Of a stretch of DNA of 64,000 nt, positions 11,239 to 23,239 are shown piece after piece. How positions within the stretch are numbered: position 1 is the stretch's first letter; every line of letters begins with the position of its first letter. The position numbers and the translations under genes were made by a program. Origin of the DNA: Mobula hypostoma (Eukaryota). The notes below the pieces were generated by a model that saw only the letters and a list, made by a program, of their open reading frames with translations, had not been told where the DNA came from and did no database searches. Location of the stretch: assembly GCF_963921235.1 (NCBI RefSeq), contig NC_086119.1, positions 16,182,001 through 16,246,000 on the forward strand. The letters are read 5' to 3'.

Positions 11239-13695
11239 AACACACATCAAAGTTGCTAGTGAACGCAGCAGGCCAGGCAGCATCTCTAGGAAGAGGTACA
11301 GTCGACGTTTCAGGCCGAGACTCTTCGTCAGGACTAACTGAAGGAAAAGTTAGTAAGAGATTTGAAAGTGGGAGGGGGAGGTGAAGATCCAAAATGATAG
11401 GAGAAGACAGGAGGGGGAGAGATGGAGCCAAGAGCTGGACAGGTGATTGGCAAAAGGGATATGAGAGGATCATGGGACAGGAGGCCTAGGGAGAAAGAAA
11501 AGGGGGGGAACCCAGAGGATGGGCAAGGGGTATAGTCAGAGGGACAGAGGGAGAAAAAGGAGAGTGAGAGAAAGAATATGTGTATAAAAATAAATAACGG
11601 ATGGGGTACGAGGGGGAGGTGGGGCATTAGCGGAAGTTAGAGAAGTCAATGTTCATGCCATCAGGTTGGAGGCTACCCAGAGGGAATATAAGGTGTTGTT
11701 CCTCCAACCTGAGTGTGGCTTCATCTTTACAGTAGAGGAGGCCGTGGATAGACATGTCAGAATGGGAATGGGATGTGGAATTAAAATGTGTGGCCACTGG
11801 GAGATCCTGCTTTCTCTGGCAGACAGAGCGTAGGCGTTCAGCAAAGCGGTCTCCCAGTCAGCGTCGGGTCTCGCCAATATATAGAAGGCCACATCAGGAG
11901 CACCGGCCACAGTATATCACCCCAGCCGACTCACAGGTGAAGTGTCACCTCACCTGAAGGACTGTCTGGGGCCCTGAATGGTGGTAAGGGAGGAAGTGTA
12001 AGGGCATGTGTAGCACTTGTTCTGCTTACAAGGATAAGTGCCGGGGGAAGATCGGTGGGGAGGGATGGGGGGGACGAATGGACAAGGGAGTCGCGAAGGG
12101 AGCGATCCCTGGGGAAAGCAGAGAGAGGGGGAGGGAAAAATGTGCTTAGTGGTGGGATCCCGTTGGAGGTGGCGGAAGTTATGGAGAATAATATGTTGGA
12201 CCTGGAGGCTGGTGGGGTGGTAGGTGAGGACCAGGGGAACCCTATTCCTAGTGGGGTGGTGGGAGGATGGAGTGAGAGCAGATGTGCGTGAAATGGGGGA
12301 GATGCGTTTGAGAGCAGAGTTGATGGTGGAAGAAGGGAAGCCCCTTTCTTTAAAAAAAGGAGGACATCTCCCTCGTCCTGGAATGAAAAGCCAAATCCTG
12401 AGAGCAGATGTGGCGGAGACGGAGGAATTGCAAGAAGGGGATGGCATTTTTGCAAGAGACGGTGAGAAGAGGAATAGTCCAGATAGCTGTGAGAGTCAGT
12501 AGGCTTATAGTAGACATCAGTGGATAAGCTGTCTCCAGAGACAGAGACAGAAAGATCTAGAAAGGGGAGGGAGGTGTCGGAAATGGACCAGGTGAACTTG
12601 AGGGCAGGGTGAAAGTTGGAGGCAAAATTAATAAAGTCAACGAGCTCAGCATGCGCGCAGGAAGCAGTGCCAATGCAGTCGTTGATGTCGCGAAGGAAAG
12701 GTGGGGGACAGATACCAGAATAGGTACGGAACATAGATTGTTCCACAAAGCCAACAAAAAGGCAGGCATAGCTGGGACCCATACGGGTGCCCATAGCTAC
12801 ACCTTTAGTTTGGAGGAAGTGGGCGGAGCCAAAGGAGAAATTATTAAGAATTATTACTAATTCCGCTAGACGGAGCAGAGTGGTGGTAGAGGGGAACTGA
12901 TTAGGTCTGGAATCCAAAAAGAAGCGGAGAGCTTTGAGACCTTCCTGATGGGGGATGGAAGTATATAGGGACTGGACATCCATGGTGAAAATAAAGCGGT
13001 GGGGGCCAGGGAACTTAAAATCATCGAAAAGTTTAAGAGCGTGAGAAGTGTCACGAACATAGGTAGGAAGGGGTTGAACAAGGGGGGGATAAAACAGTAT
13101 CGAGGTATGCAGAAACGAGTTCAGTGGGGCAGGAGCAAGCTGAGACAATAGGTCTACCAGGACAGGCAGGTTTGTGGATCTTGGGTAGGAGGTAGAAACG
13201 GGAAGTGCGAGGTGTGGGAACTATAAGGTTGGTAGCAGTGGATGAGAGATCCCCTGAGCAGATAAAGTCGGTGATGGTGTGGGAGACAATGGCCTGGTGC
13301 TCCTTAGTGGGGTCACGATCGAGGGATAAATAAGAGGAGGCATCCGTGAGTTGTCACTGAGCCTCAGCAAGGTAGAGGTCAGTACGCCAGACTACAACAG
13401 CACCCCCCTTATCAGCGGGTTTAATAATAAGGTTAGGATTAGTGCGGAGGGAGTGGAGAGCCAAGCGTTCGGAAGGAGTGAGGTTGGAATGGGAACAAGA
13501 TGCGGTGAAGTCGAGACGGTTGATGTCCCGTCGGCAGTTAGCAATAAAGAGATCCAGAGCAGGCAGAAGACCAGAGCGGGATGTCCATGAAGAAGAGGAG
13601 GGTTGAAGACGGGAGAAGGGGTCATCGGTGGGGGTGGAAGAGTCCTTGCCGAAGAAATAGGCTGGGAGACGGAGACGGCGGAAGAAGAGTTCTGC
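11239..13695 (-). mobile_element. 5'-truncated Penelope-like retroelement (RT + GIY-YIG endonuclease, Neptune-like), inactivated
   Basis: KPADKGGAVVVW, MDVQSLYTSI, GVAMGTRMGP, LPFLDL, KPTDSHSYL, CKQNKCYTC linker, GVIY..YIGET; frameshifts and stops, YxDD degraded to DIND; 12-bp TSD AAGTGTTATAGT at 11227-11238 and 13696-13707. Confidence 0.93.
11299..11337 (-). ncRNA. Hammerhead motif in the 3' terminal repeat of the Penelope element
   Basis: UUAGUC-CUGACGA-agagucucggccu-GAAA-CGUC-GACUG; stem II weakened by one substitution. Confidence 0.6.
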
Positions 13696-13869
13696 AAGTG
13701 TTATAGTGTACTTTTTCCGTTCTTGATCAATATTTGGTGTTTCATCGTGATGGATATCAATGGCTTGGAGGTTGTTCTGTAAGCAGCCACAGGTTGGGTC
13801 AAGAATGGATTGACAGTGTTGGCAAACAACCTCTACCACGCACTAGTCAAACCATGTCCAATGTTGTCC

Positions 13870-14306
13870 TGTGAACAAAATCACCGGAGAGAAGTACCGG
13901 TAGATCTGAAATAGCCTCTTTACTCGACAGAATGAGACACAGCACTGCAGGCATCCTATGGAGACCCTTTCCAAGGAGGAGGTCTACTTGACCCAACATG
14001 ACACAGCATTTTATGTGCTAAAGATTAAAGGACATTTCCATATTTACAATACATCCACAATGCTTCCTTTGAATTACACACAAACTTCACACCTCCCACT
14101 TTGCACCCACACCAGACATCTAAATGCATTTTAATCAGTATTGTCTGGTCTCTCCATTAACTGTGATTCACAGCTTTTAGGAACCTATTGTTCAGAGCTG
14201 CATTTTAAAGTTAATCTACAGTTTATATTCATATTTGAAGAATGGTGGCTGAAGTCAGTTGCTGAAGTTATTTGCTATAAGTGCTAACCCCAAAAATGCC
14301 CTAACA
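13870..14306 (-). mobile_element. Solo-LTR-like repeat (copy 2)
   Basis: minus strand TGTTAG...TTCACA with cataaaa and agtaaa motifs; homologous to 7201-7593. Confidence 0.5.
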
Positions 14307-15949
14307 CACAATTACAAGAAGTTCAGGATTAGCTCTTGCTGTAGTAATAGTTCTTTTTTTGTACTCCCCATATATCCAGTAGATACATAGATTAGCATTA
14401 TTAGTCACATGTACATTGTAACATACAGTGAAATACATTGTCTGCATCAGATCAGATCAGTGAGGATTGGGCTGAGCAGCCCACAAGTGTCTCCATGCTT
14501 CCAACGCCAACATAGCATGTCCACAACTTACTAATCCTTACTAACCCATGTGTCTGCGGAATGTGGGAGGAAACCAGAGCACCTGGAGGAAACCTATGTG
14601 GTCATGGGGAGAACGTACAAGTCTTCAACAGACAGCGATGGGAGCCAAACGGTGATTGGTGATCACTGGCGCTGTAAAGCGATTGTACTAATGCCATGCT
14701 ACTGTGCCACACCAGTCTGCCAACGGCAGGTGCTGCTCGATCCAGTAGGTTGTTTAACCCTTATTGTGTATGATCTGTGGTGAAGAGCTGCAAGAATGTA
14801 GCAACTACCTTGACATCTGGGCCACGAAAAAATCTGCTGGAGACACTTGGCAGGTCGAGCAGCATCCGTGGAGGAGGAATGAACAGTAGACATTTTGGGT
14901 TGAGACCCTTCACTTGGATTAGGATAGAGGCTGTAGAATTTCTAAGAGTCAGCTGAATCCCAGGGGAGACAGTGGGTGAAGTGTGTGAGTAGTGGGTGAT
15001 TGGAACTAGGAGGGGAAGGACCTCGAAAATGGGTGATTGGGGGGGTGGGGGCTAGACCAGTGGGGATTGTATTGAAAGTGTTAGATCTGGTGATTTTTGA
15101 TCTAGAAGTTTCTTTGGAAGTCAAGAATGAGGTATAAAATTTAGTGGTAATGGCCAATTTAGTAAGTGTTACAGCAAAGAAGAACAAACGGGGGGAGAAA
15201 AAAAAGACAAAATTGTGGTTGTCTAATACTAAAAAGTAGTTCAGACTACAGAGGAAAAGCATATTCCATTGATAAGAGGTAACCTATGAATAGTTAGGTT
15301 CAGTGGTGTGACACAGGCTGCAGAGAAGCATTAGAAAAATATCGAATCAGCTATACTACCATTACTGAAAATTCACTGAACTATTACACACATACAGGTG
15401 ATTATATAAGCATTATGCGTAAGCGAAAGTTTTTGAGTTGGTGTATGAAACAAGTGATTTGTTAAAAACTGGTTTGCACCAGGAGACCAGTCAGAGCTGA
15501 TCTACCTGAGCGTAAATTTGGTATGGCTTTTGCATTCTCAGTTGATGAGACTACCAGTAAAACTACATTTTGATAACAGAATGGTGGCTACAGAAAGACT
15601 CAATTCAGTAACAGACAAGGTCCTGATTACAGAGTAAAATGATTATCCACTGGTCTAACAGTAAATCCAATTTTCTATTATAGAAATGGATGCATGCTAT
15701 AACATAATTGACGAAATTGTGCACTCTATAACATAATTAACAAAACTCCTGCACTTTGTACATCATCACTGCTGTATTCCATGTCTCTCTCTCTAGGCTA
15801 CGACTGCAGTTCCTGTTACCACATCCCCATTTACTCGTTACTAGCTGTCACTATTTTCCCCCTACAACAAAGGGAAAGTTAAACAACAAGAAAAATAAAA
15901 AATTGTACACACTAACTCATTCCCTAATGGGAAAGTACAAAAATCGGAG

Positions 15950-16440
15950 GACTGGAGGTGGATTTGAAGGGGAGGCAGTGGGGTATGATAATGCAGGAGG
16001 CTGTAATTGGGAAAACTCAGTGTTCATTCCACTGGGTTATATGAGGCATTGTTCCTGTAGTTTGCATTGTGCCACACCCTGGCAGGGGAGAAGGCCGAGA
16101 ACCAACAGGTCGGTTTGGGGGAAGGTGAAAGGAAGCCGAAACATGACATTTAACCCTAATGCCCACTGCAGATGGAGTGCAAGTGCTGTCATCGGTCTGC
16201 GCTGGGCCTTGCCGGTGTGGAGGAGGCCACGTCGTCACTGAGTGCAATGGTCAAGGTTGGAGGAGGGGCTCCTGAGTCCCTGCCTCAACTGGAAGGGCGG
16301 TTCAGGTCACTGGATGGTGCTGGGGTGTGAGGAGCAAATGTTACACCTCCTGCAGTTGCGGGGGGTGGGGGGGGAGTGCCAGCGTTTGAGGAGGGGTGGG
16401 TGGAAAGAGATAAACAGACCAGGGATTCAGGGTGATCTCT
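15950..16440 (-). mobile_element. Degraded Penelope GIY-YIG/3' region
   Basis: alignable by eye with 11600-12050. Confidence 0.55.
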
Positions 16441-16586
16441 GTGGAAGATGGCATGACTCATGGTGGGATCTCTTTGCAGCTGGTGGATTTCTGGTGAGTT
16501 TACTGCAAAGATCCATCATTACAACCTTTCAAAAATCTGCCTTTTCCTCACTCCATCTGTAACAAGTTTCTCATTTTCCCTGGCAG

Positions 16587-16684
16587 CAAGTAAAACTCCT
16601 GAAGAGTCCAGTGAAAAGGAGGTCGGCCCTCTTCCCCCGAACCCATGGAAGCTCAGATGGTCAGTTGGACAGCAGGCCACGCTG
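16587..16684 (+). CDS. RAP1GAP2: RAP1GAP2 coding exon, QVKLLKSPVKRRSALFPRTHGSSDGQLDSRPR
   Basis: polypyrimidine tract + ggcag|, |gtgagt, 98 nt, phase 0-2; matches human SPIKRRSGLFPRLH..QGDSRAR. Confidence 0.92.
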
Positions 16685-16747
16685 GTGAGTGCAGGCTCGG
16701 GAATCTCTTTAGCCCCCCACTCACTTCCTTCCATCTACTGCGCTATA

Positions 16748-17300
16748 CAGTCGGTGGCCACTTGAGTCAGCACACCAGTACACTTGGTCATTAATGCAAA
16801 TATCTAGTCATCCAATCACGTGGCAGCAGCTCAATGCATAAGAGCGTGCTGACATGGTCAAGAGGTTCAGTTGTTGTTCAGAAAAAGTATCAGAATGGCA
16901 GAAGAAGCATGATCTAAGTGACTTTGACTAACCTCCTGAATGATTGTTTGTGCCAAATGGGTTACCGACATTCAGTATATCAGAAACCGCTGATCTCCTG
17001 GTATTTTCACGCACACCAGTCCCTAATTTCACGATTTATGCCGGTGATGTTAAACCTGATTCTGGAAAAAAAACTAAAAACATCCAATGAGTGGCAGTTC
17101 TGTGGGTGAAAACGCCTTGTTAACGAGAGAGATTAGAGAAAAATGGCCAGACTGGTTCAAGCTAACAGGAAGGCGACAGTGAATCAAATAACCAAGCATT
17201 ATAAATTTGCGCATCTCTGAGCGCACAATGTGTTGAACCTTGAAGTGGATGGGTTACAGCAGCAGAAAACCACGAGCGTACACTTAGTGGCCACTTTCTT
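16748..17300 (+). mobile_element. Non-autonomous Tc1-derived element (same family as 4695-5202)
   Basis: TA|cagtcggtggccac start; homologous HTH remnant; internal cacttagtggccacttt. Confidence 0.7.
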
Positions 17301-17339
17301 ATAGTATTGGGCAAAACACCAGGGGTAACGTCACTAATA

Positions 17340-17530
17340 TTCTTGGAAAGGGTGCCGTGGGGTTGCTGTGCTCACCTGAGAGAGCAGTTCAGGGCTTCAG
17401 TTTAACGTCTCATCAGGTAGGGCACCCTCTCAGTGATGCATGAAACTGCTTTCCATGCATGAACTTCCGGAGCAGGATTTGAATCCACAACCTGAGACTT
17501 GGAGACAAGAGAATTACCTGCTGAGTGCCA
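17340..17530 (-). mobile_element. DeuSINE (SacSINE1/AmnSINE-like) fragment
   Basis: gggcttcagtttaacgtctcatc resembles the reverse Deu domain; family assignment from recall; another fragment near 30250-30400. Confidence 0.5.
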
Positions 17531-17961
17531 GCAGCGAACTTGCCGTTTCCTCACAAGTGCACTCTCCGTTCCCTGATCGTCACAAGGTGATTGATGTTAA
17601 ATGCACCCCTTGGGTGCCATATTGTGGACAGGTCAAAAACAGTGAATAATGCTCACCAAATGCTGGAGGAGCTCAGCTGTTCAGGCAGCAGCTATGGAGG
17701 GGAATAAGCATTCATCTCTTTGGGTGTGACATAAGAACAAAGTTCAAAGTACATTTATTATCACAGCATGTATATAGCACACAACCCTGAGATTTGTCTT
17801 CTACAGATAGCCACGAAACAATGAAACTCCATGGAACCATTGCAAAGAAAAGCAGCAACTCCCCCACGCACAAAAAACACCACAAAAACAACAACAAAAA
17901 CATCAACACCCCCCCCCACACACACACAAAAAACACTGCGCTAATGAAAACAAGAACATCA

Positions 17962-17962
<1 letters not shown>

Positions 17963-17998
<36 letters not shown>
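17963..17998. repeat. (CA)18 microsatellite inside a LINE-tail-derived repeat (~17735-18130)
   Basis: direct reading. Confidence 0.9.
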
Positions 17999-17999
<1 letters not shown>

Positions 18000-18149
18000 C
18001 ACCGCACAAATGGTAACATGAAAGAACGAGCAAAAACACAGATTATAAAAACACAAAATTAAAAGAGTCTGATCGAACCACAGTCCAATCCACAAATCAC
18101 AGACGCAGAACCTTGGTTCAATCCTCCGACAGCATCCACCGAGGTAGAG

Positions 18150-18745
18150 AGAAAATGTAAGAAATAGGTGCAGGAGGACATGTGGCCCGTCGCGCCTGCT
18201 TCACCATTCAGTAAGAACATGGCTGCTCTGGCCATGGACTCAACTCCACCAACCAGCCCCTTCCACATAACCCTTCATTCTTCTGCTATATAAAAATCAA
18301 TCTAACTGTGTCTCAAAGATACTCAATGAACAAGTCTCTGCTGTTTCCCTGGGAAGAATTCCACAGATTCAATACTCTCTGGGAAAAGCAGTTTCTCCTC
18401 ATCTCCATTCTAAATCTATTCTTCTGAATCTTGAGGCTGTGTCCCCTAGTTCTAGTCTGATTTACCAGTGAAAATAGTTTTCTGATTCTACCTTGTCTAT
18501 CCCTTTCATAATTGTGTATATTTCTATAAGATACCCTCTCATTCTTCAGAACTCCAGTGAATATAGTCCCATGCAACTCAGTCTCATCATAAGCTAACCA
18601 CCTCTATCAACAGAATCAAGGTGGTGAACCTCCTCAGCACTGCTTCCAAAGTCAGTAAATCTATCCTCAAGTAAGGAGACCAGAACTGCGTGCAATACAG
18701 AATAGACCCTTTATCAGAATTGAAAAGTAAGGGGACAGAAGCAAA
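18150..18745 (-). mobile_element. CR1 LINE 3' fragment
   Basis: YCTQFWSPYLR..RRFTTLI and RTRGHSLKIQKNRFRMEMRRNCFSQRVLNLWNS. Confidence 0.8.
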
Positions 18746-18971
18746 ATAAGGAGGAGGAGGAGAGCTGCTCAAGATTTCCAGCATTTGCAGAATCCCTTCC
18801 GTCTCAAAAATTGCTGATTTCAGATCCAAGTTAAAGCCGTCCACTCCTCTCTCTCTTATGTTCTGGTACATGAAGGATTGCGATGTGTTGTGGGCAAACT
18901 CCCAATTCCAAGGTCCACGACTTACAGGGTTGCAGTGGACTTTTTGGGAATGGGAGGCCAGTCTTCTAGAT

Positions 18972-19051
18972 CAGGGGTTCCCAACCTTTTTTATGCTGTG
19001 GACCCCTACCATTAACCGACAGGTCCATGGACCCCAGATGGGGAACCCCTG
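18972..19051. mobile_element. 80-bp hAT-type MITE
   Basis: TIRs caggggttccc/gggaacccctg; 8-bp TSD TTCTA(G/A)AT at 18964-18971 and 19052-19059. Confidence 0.8.
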
Positions 19052-19744
19052 TTCTAAATGGTGCTGTGCTCATACCCATGAGGGCAGTAAAGAAGTAGTG
19101 TTTTATTTCCACCAGCTCTGAGCATGTTTATATATCAGTTCTGGATCTAATGGAGATGTGATTTAGGCGAGAAGGGATGAGAGGTCTTGTGATAACAACT
19201 CCAGCGATTTGCCCGAAAGGAGATGACATCCTGTGAGGTGGACCAGCCAGACGGGTCCATCTGCTGATCCCAATTAAACAGTCAGCTCCAGTAAACAGTT
19301 ATTTATATTCTGATTGATTAGACATCCAGCCTGATTAAAATTTGTTAAACAGCTCAGTTTGTGGCAACCATCATTTGTTGAAAGCAAATGACAGGTCACG
19401 AACATCAGTCACCAGAAATAACTCACACTGTGACTGTGTTTAAAGAGTCCACTCATTGTTAGAGCATTGCAAATTCCGAAGATTGTATCAGACTCTCCAG
19501 GAATCAGATCCTACAGAGAGGAAAATAAATTGGGGCATTAAATTAATTTTGGAAATATCTCATTGGAATTATGAGGAGAAAGTTTTTCTTCTTATTGGAT
19601 AAATACTCACAAATTCAGCAGGTCAGGCAGCATCTGTGGAGAGGAATAAAGAGCTGGTGTTTCAGGCCAAGACTTTTCATCAGGACTCTGCCCGAAACAT
19701 CAGATCTTTATTCCTCTCCACAGATGCTGCCTGACCTGCAGAGT

Positions 19745-20130
19745 TCCTCCATTCGGCCCACCGTCCACTCCACCATCCATCATGGCTGATTTATTATCCC
19801 TCTTAACCCCTTTCTCTCTGTAACCTTTGACATCCTTACTAATCAAGACCCTGTCAACCTCTGCTTTAAATTTGCTCAATGACTTGGTCTCCTCAGCCAT
19901 CTATGGCAATGAATTCCACAGATTCACCACCCCCTGACTAAAGAAATCCCTCCGCATCTTCATTCTAAAGGGACGACCTTGTATTCTGAGGCTGTGCCCT
20001 CTGGTCCTAGACTCCCCCACAAATGGAAACATCCTCTCCACGTCCACTCTATCTAGGAAATTCAATATTCGATAAGTTTCAATGAAATCCCCTTTCATTC
20101 TTCTAAACTCCAGCAAGTACAAGCCCAGAG
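19745..20130 (-). mobile_element. CR1 LINE 3' fragment (adjacent to a PLE hairpin remnant at ~19600-19745)
   Basis: LYLLEFRRMKGDFIETYRIL..VGESRTRGHSLRI..VVNLWNSLP. Confidence 0.85.
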
Positions 20131-20268
20131 ACATTGACGAAGATTGGTTCAACAGCCTATTAAGCATGTTATCTAATGATTCAACTCCTAAGGTCACTTC
20201 CTCTTCTATTTATTTTCTTCAGTCAAAGGGAAATTGCACCCTCCCATTTAGATTAATACTTCGATCTA

Positions 20269-20845
20269 CACTTAGTGGCCTCTTTATTCGGTTCCTCCTG
20301 CACCCAATAAAGTGGCCACTGACTATATGTCCGTGGTCTTCTGCTGATGTAGCCCAGTCACTTCAAGGTTCAGCATATCCAGTGTGCAGAGATGCTCTCC
20401 TGCGCACCACTGGTGTAATGTGTGGTTATTTGAGTTACTCTCATCTTCCCCGACAGCAAGAACCAGACTGGCCAATCTCCTCCAATATCTCTCCATTAAT
20501 AAGACAACTTTGCCCACAGAACTGCCACTCACTGGATGTTATTTTTTGTTTCTCGCACCATTCTTTGTCAACTCCAGAGACTACTGTGTGTGTGTGTGAG
20601 AAAATCCCAAGAGATCAGCAGTTTCTGAGATAGTGAAACCACCCCGTCTGACACCAACGATCATTCCACGGTCACTTGGATCACACTTCTTCCCCATTCT
20701 GATGTTTGGTCTGAACAACAATTGAACCTCTTGACCATGTCTGCATGCTTTTATGCACTGAGTTGCTGCCACGTGATTGGCTGATTAGATATTTGCATTA
20801 ACGAGCAGCTGTATAGATGTATCTAGTAAAGTGACGAAAGAGTAC
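20269..20845 (-). mobile_element. Non-autonomous Tc1-derived element
   Basis: TA|cacttagtggcc..aataaagtggccactga; MGKKCD..GMIVGVRRGGFTISETADLLGFS. Confidence 0.75.
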
Positions 20846-22099
20846 ATTTACTTTCTGGCAGGATCTAGGAGTTTCCTCTGTACTACTTGGAGAATCCAAC
20901 ACAATTCTGTGGGATTTTCAACCCTACTGGACTAAACACTTTTTAAAGGCATCTATCATGCCTGGATTAGGGCTGTGCTTTTGGCAATTTATGTTTGTGA
21001 TCTTCCATTTGTTTCCAGTAATGGATCATTGCCACTAACTGGTCTGTGTAACAAGTATGCCTTAATCAGCCTGGATGTCTAATCATTCTGAATATAAATA
21101 ACTGATTAGGGCAGCAGACTGTTTAATTGAGATGAGCAGATGGTCCTGCCTGGCAGATTCACCAACTGTTACATTGGTCCATTTTAAAATTCTCACCTTC
21201 ATTTACAAATCCCTGGAGTGGCTCCTCTGGCCTTGCAGGCCCTGGTCTTATCTGCACTCTTCTCGTCCTAGCCTCTTGAGCATCCCTGAATTTGACTGGT
21301 CCATTGGTGATGGCTGTTCCTTCACCTACTAAAGCCTTAACATCTGGAATTACCTCCCTAAAGCCCTAAGCCTCAACTGCTCTGCCCAGGATCGTAAGGA
21401 ACTGCGGAAAGTTGTGAATGTAGCCCAATCCAACAGGCAAACCAGCCTTCCCACCATTGACAATCAAAAACATTCCCACTTGAGTCATTCTCTCCTCTCC
21501 CCCCTCCCATTGAGAAGAAGATAAAAAGATTTGAGAAGTCACACCACCAGGATCAAAGACAGCTTCTAACCTGCTGCTAAGAGGTATTGAATGGACCCCT
21601 TGTACAACAAAGATGACCCTCTTGATTCCTCACTCTACCTTGTCATAGCCCTTGCATCTTATTTGTCTACCTGCATTGCACTTTCTTTGTAGCTGCAGCA
21701 CTTTATCATGCATTCTGTTTTTGCTTTTCTTTTGTACGACCTCACTGCCCTGATATGACAAAATGCTCTGTCTGAAATGGCATTGCAAAACAAATTTTTT
21801 CACTGTACCCAAGTACGTCCTGACAATGATAAACCAATTTACCAAGTGTTGCTCCAAAATCCCTTCCCACATCAGGCTTCTGTGGTGGAGGCCTTTGGAC
21901 AAAGAGGCATAGAAAAGTACAGCACAGAAACAGGTCCTTCGGCCTAACAGAACCATTTAAACTTCCATCGACATATAGAGTCATAGAAAAGTAAAGCAAC
22001 AGCACATGTTAGTGACCTCAGAATCCCTCAAATACTATTTTGTGGCAGGACCAGCCACAGCAGAGGCGCGATCCACTGTCTGGACCATATAAATGCCAG

Positions 22100-22535
22100 C
22101 CCAGATAGATAGGGTGTTGGGACCGAAGGTGAGAGTCGGGCCGGTTTCGTTCAGTCTCCTGTGACGTTCTCTTCTCTCTCCACGTTGCTGAGGCTGTGAG
22201 ACTGCCTCGGCTACTGTGCTTTGTGCCTGCGAGCTTTGCATTGATTTGCCCCGCTAAGATGATGAACTGAGACCAAGGCTTGGGCCTACTCTGGGCTGCT
22301 CAGCGGGTTCAGATCCAAGGACTCAATCTGGTTCAGAATGCTGTTGCTCGCTTCTATATTTTGCATATTTTCCATGTTTTTTTTCCTCATTCTCTGCACA
22401 TTGTGTGTTGGTCTTTATTCTTTTTATTTGGGTTTTTCGGGTTTCTTGCTTTTGTGGCTGTCTATAAGCAGACAAATCTCAAGGTTGTATAGTTTATGCA
22501 TTCTTTGCTAATAAATACACTTTGAATCCTGAATT
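22100..22535 (+). mobile_element. LINE-3'UTR/SINE-like repeat ending aataaa..ctttgaa
   Basis: homologous copies near 6770-7115 (+), 17735-18130 (-), 4025-4260 (-), 54640-54840 (-). Confidence 0.55.
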
Positions 22536-23032
22536 CATAGTTAGAAGTTTTAGAGACTGCCTCTGTGAGTTTACAGTGAACAAATTGTACTTGAGTCAAA
22601 CTGGGTTTATATAAAAAAAGACAACTGCCAGAAATCTAAAAATAAAAATAAATGGGGAAAATACTGGAATATCTTGATAATATTGGCTGCTTCCCAGGGC
22701 AGCAGGAAATGTAGATGGAGTCAATGGAGTGGAGGCTGGTTAGCATGATGGACTGGGTCAGGTTTCATCTATGGGATCTGCTTTTCTTTCAGATTCCATT
22801 TGCTCTTACCTTCTTAGCACATCCTTCCAGAGGCTGGTTGCTGGCCAAAGCCGAGGAAGTGCTCACAGTGATCGGGTGACAGTGAAATGTTTATGCCTCG
22901 AGGTAGAAACAGGGCCAAACCCCGGGAGCCCTTGCAGTTTCCCACAGCTTTAGGTCTTGGCTTCAATGAATGGGAGATCACCCCGTTCTCTTTCGGGGTT
23001 ACTGACTTTGCTTTTTAACTCTTCTGTGGCAG

Positions 23033-23146
23033 TGAAAGTCTGTCAAGTTTGTCGAAGGCTCCAGAGAGCAGCCAGGTCTCGCCAGACATCAAATGGGAAA
23101 CGTCCTCCAACCCCAGCTCACCTGAAATGGGCCCCAACAAAGACAG
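23033..23146 (+). CDS. RAP1GAP2: RAP1GAP2 coding exon, (C)ESLSSLSKAPESSQVSPDIKWETSSNPSSPEMGPNKD(R)
   Basis: ggcag| and |gtatgt, 114 nt, phase 2-2; matches human EIKSETSSNPSSPEICPNKE. Confidence 0.93.
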
Positions 23147-23239
23147 GTATGTTCACAGATGACTGTCATGCCTCATGTCTCTCTCTTTATTCTTAGTAAG
23201 ACATTCTACCCTGTTTTTCTTTCTTTATTTTTTATTTAT

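Larger units (their letters stand above)
19235..21165. repeat. Old inverted repeat, arms ~19235-19550 and ~20845-21165
   Basis: gapless 92-nt core 19247-19338 vs 21062-21153, 79/92 identical in reverse complement; weaker similarity extends inward. Confidence 0.85.

Noticed and set aside
11931-13148. Longest ORF in the window (405 aa) as a cellular gene
   Set aside because: It is the Penelope RT, running out of frame after the SSSH motif, with a degraded catalytic motif.
7201-14306. A 7-kb provirus bounded by two LTRs
   Set aside because: The interior has a host exon, CR1s and a PLE but no gag/pol/env, and the two repeats are too divergent to be a cognate pair.
15270-15578. Third LTR-like segment (tatataag, agtaaa, ..tgataaca)
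   Set aside because: Single copy in the window, with no definable 5' end or TSD.
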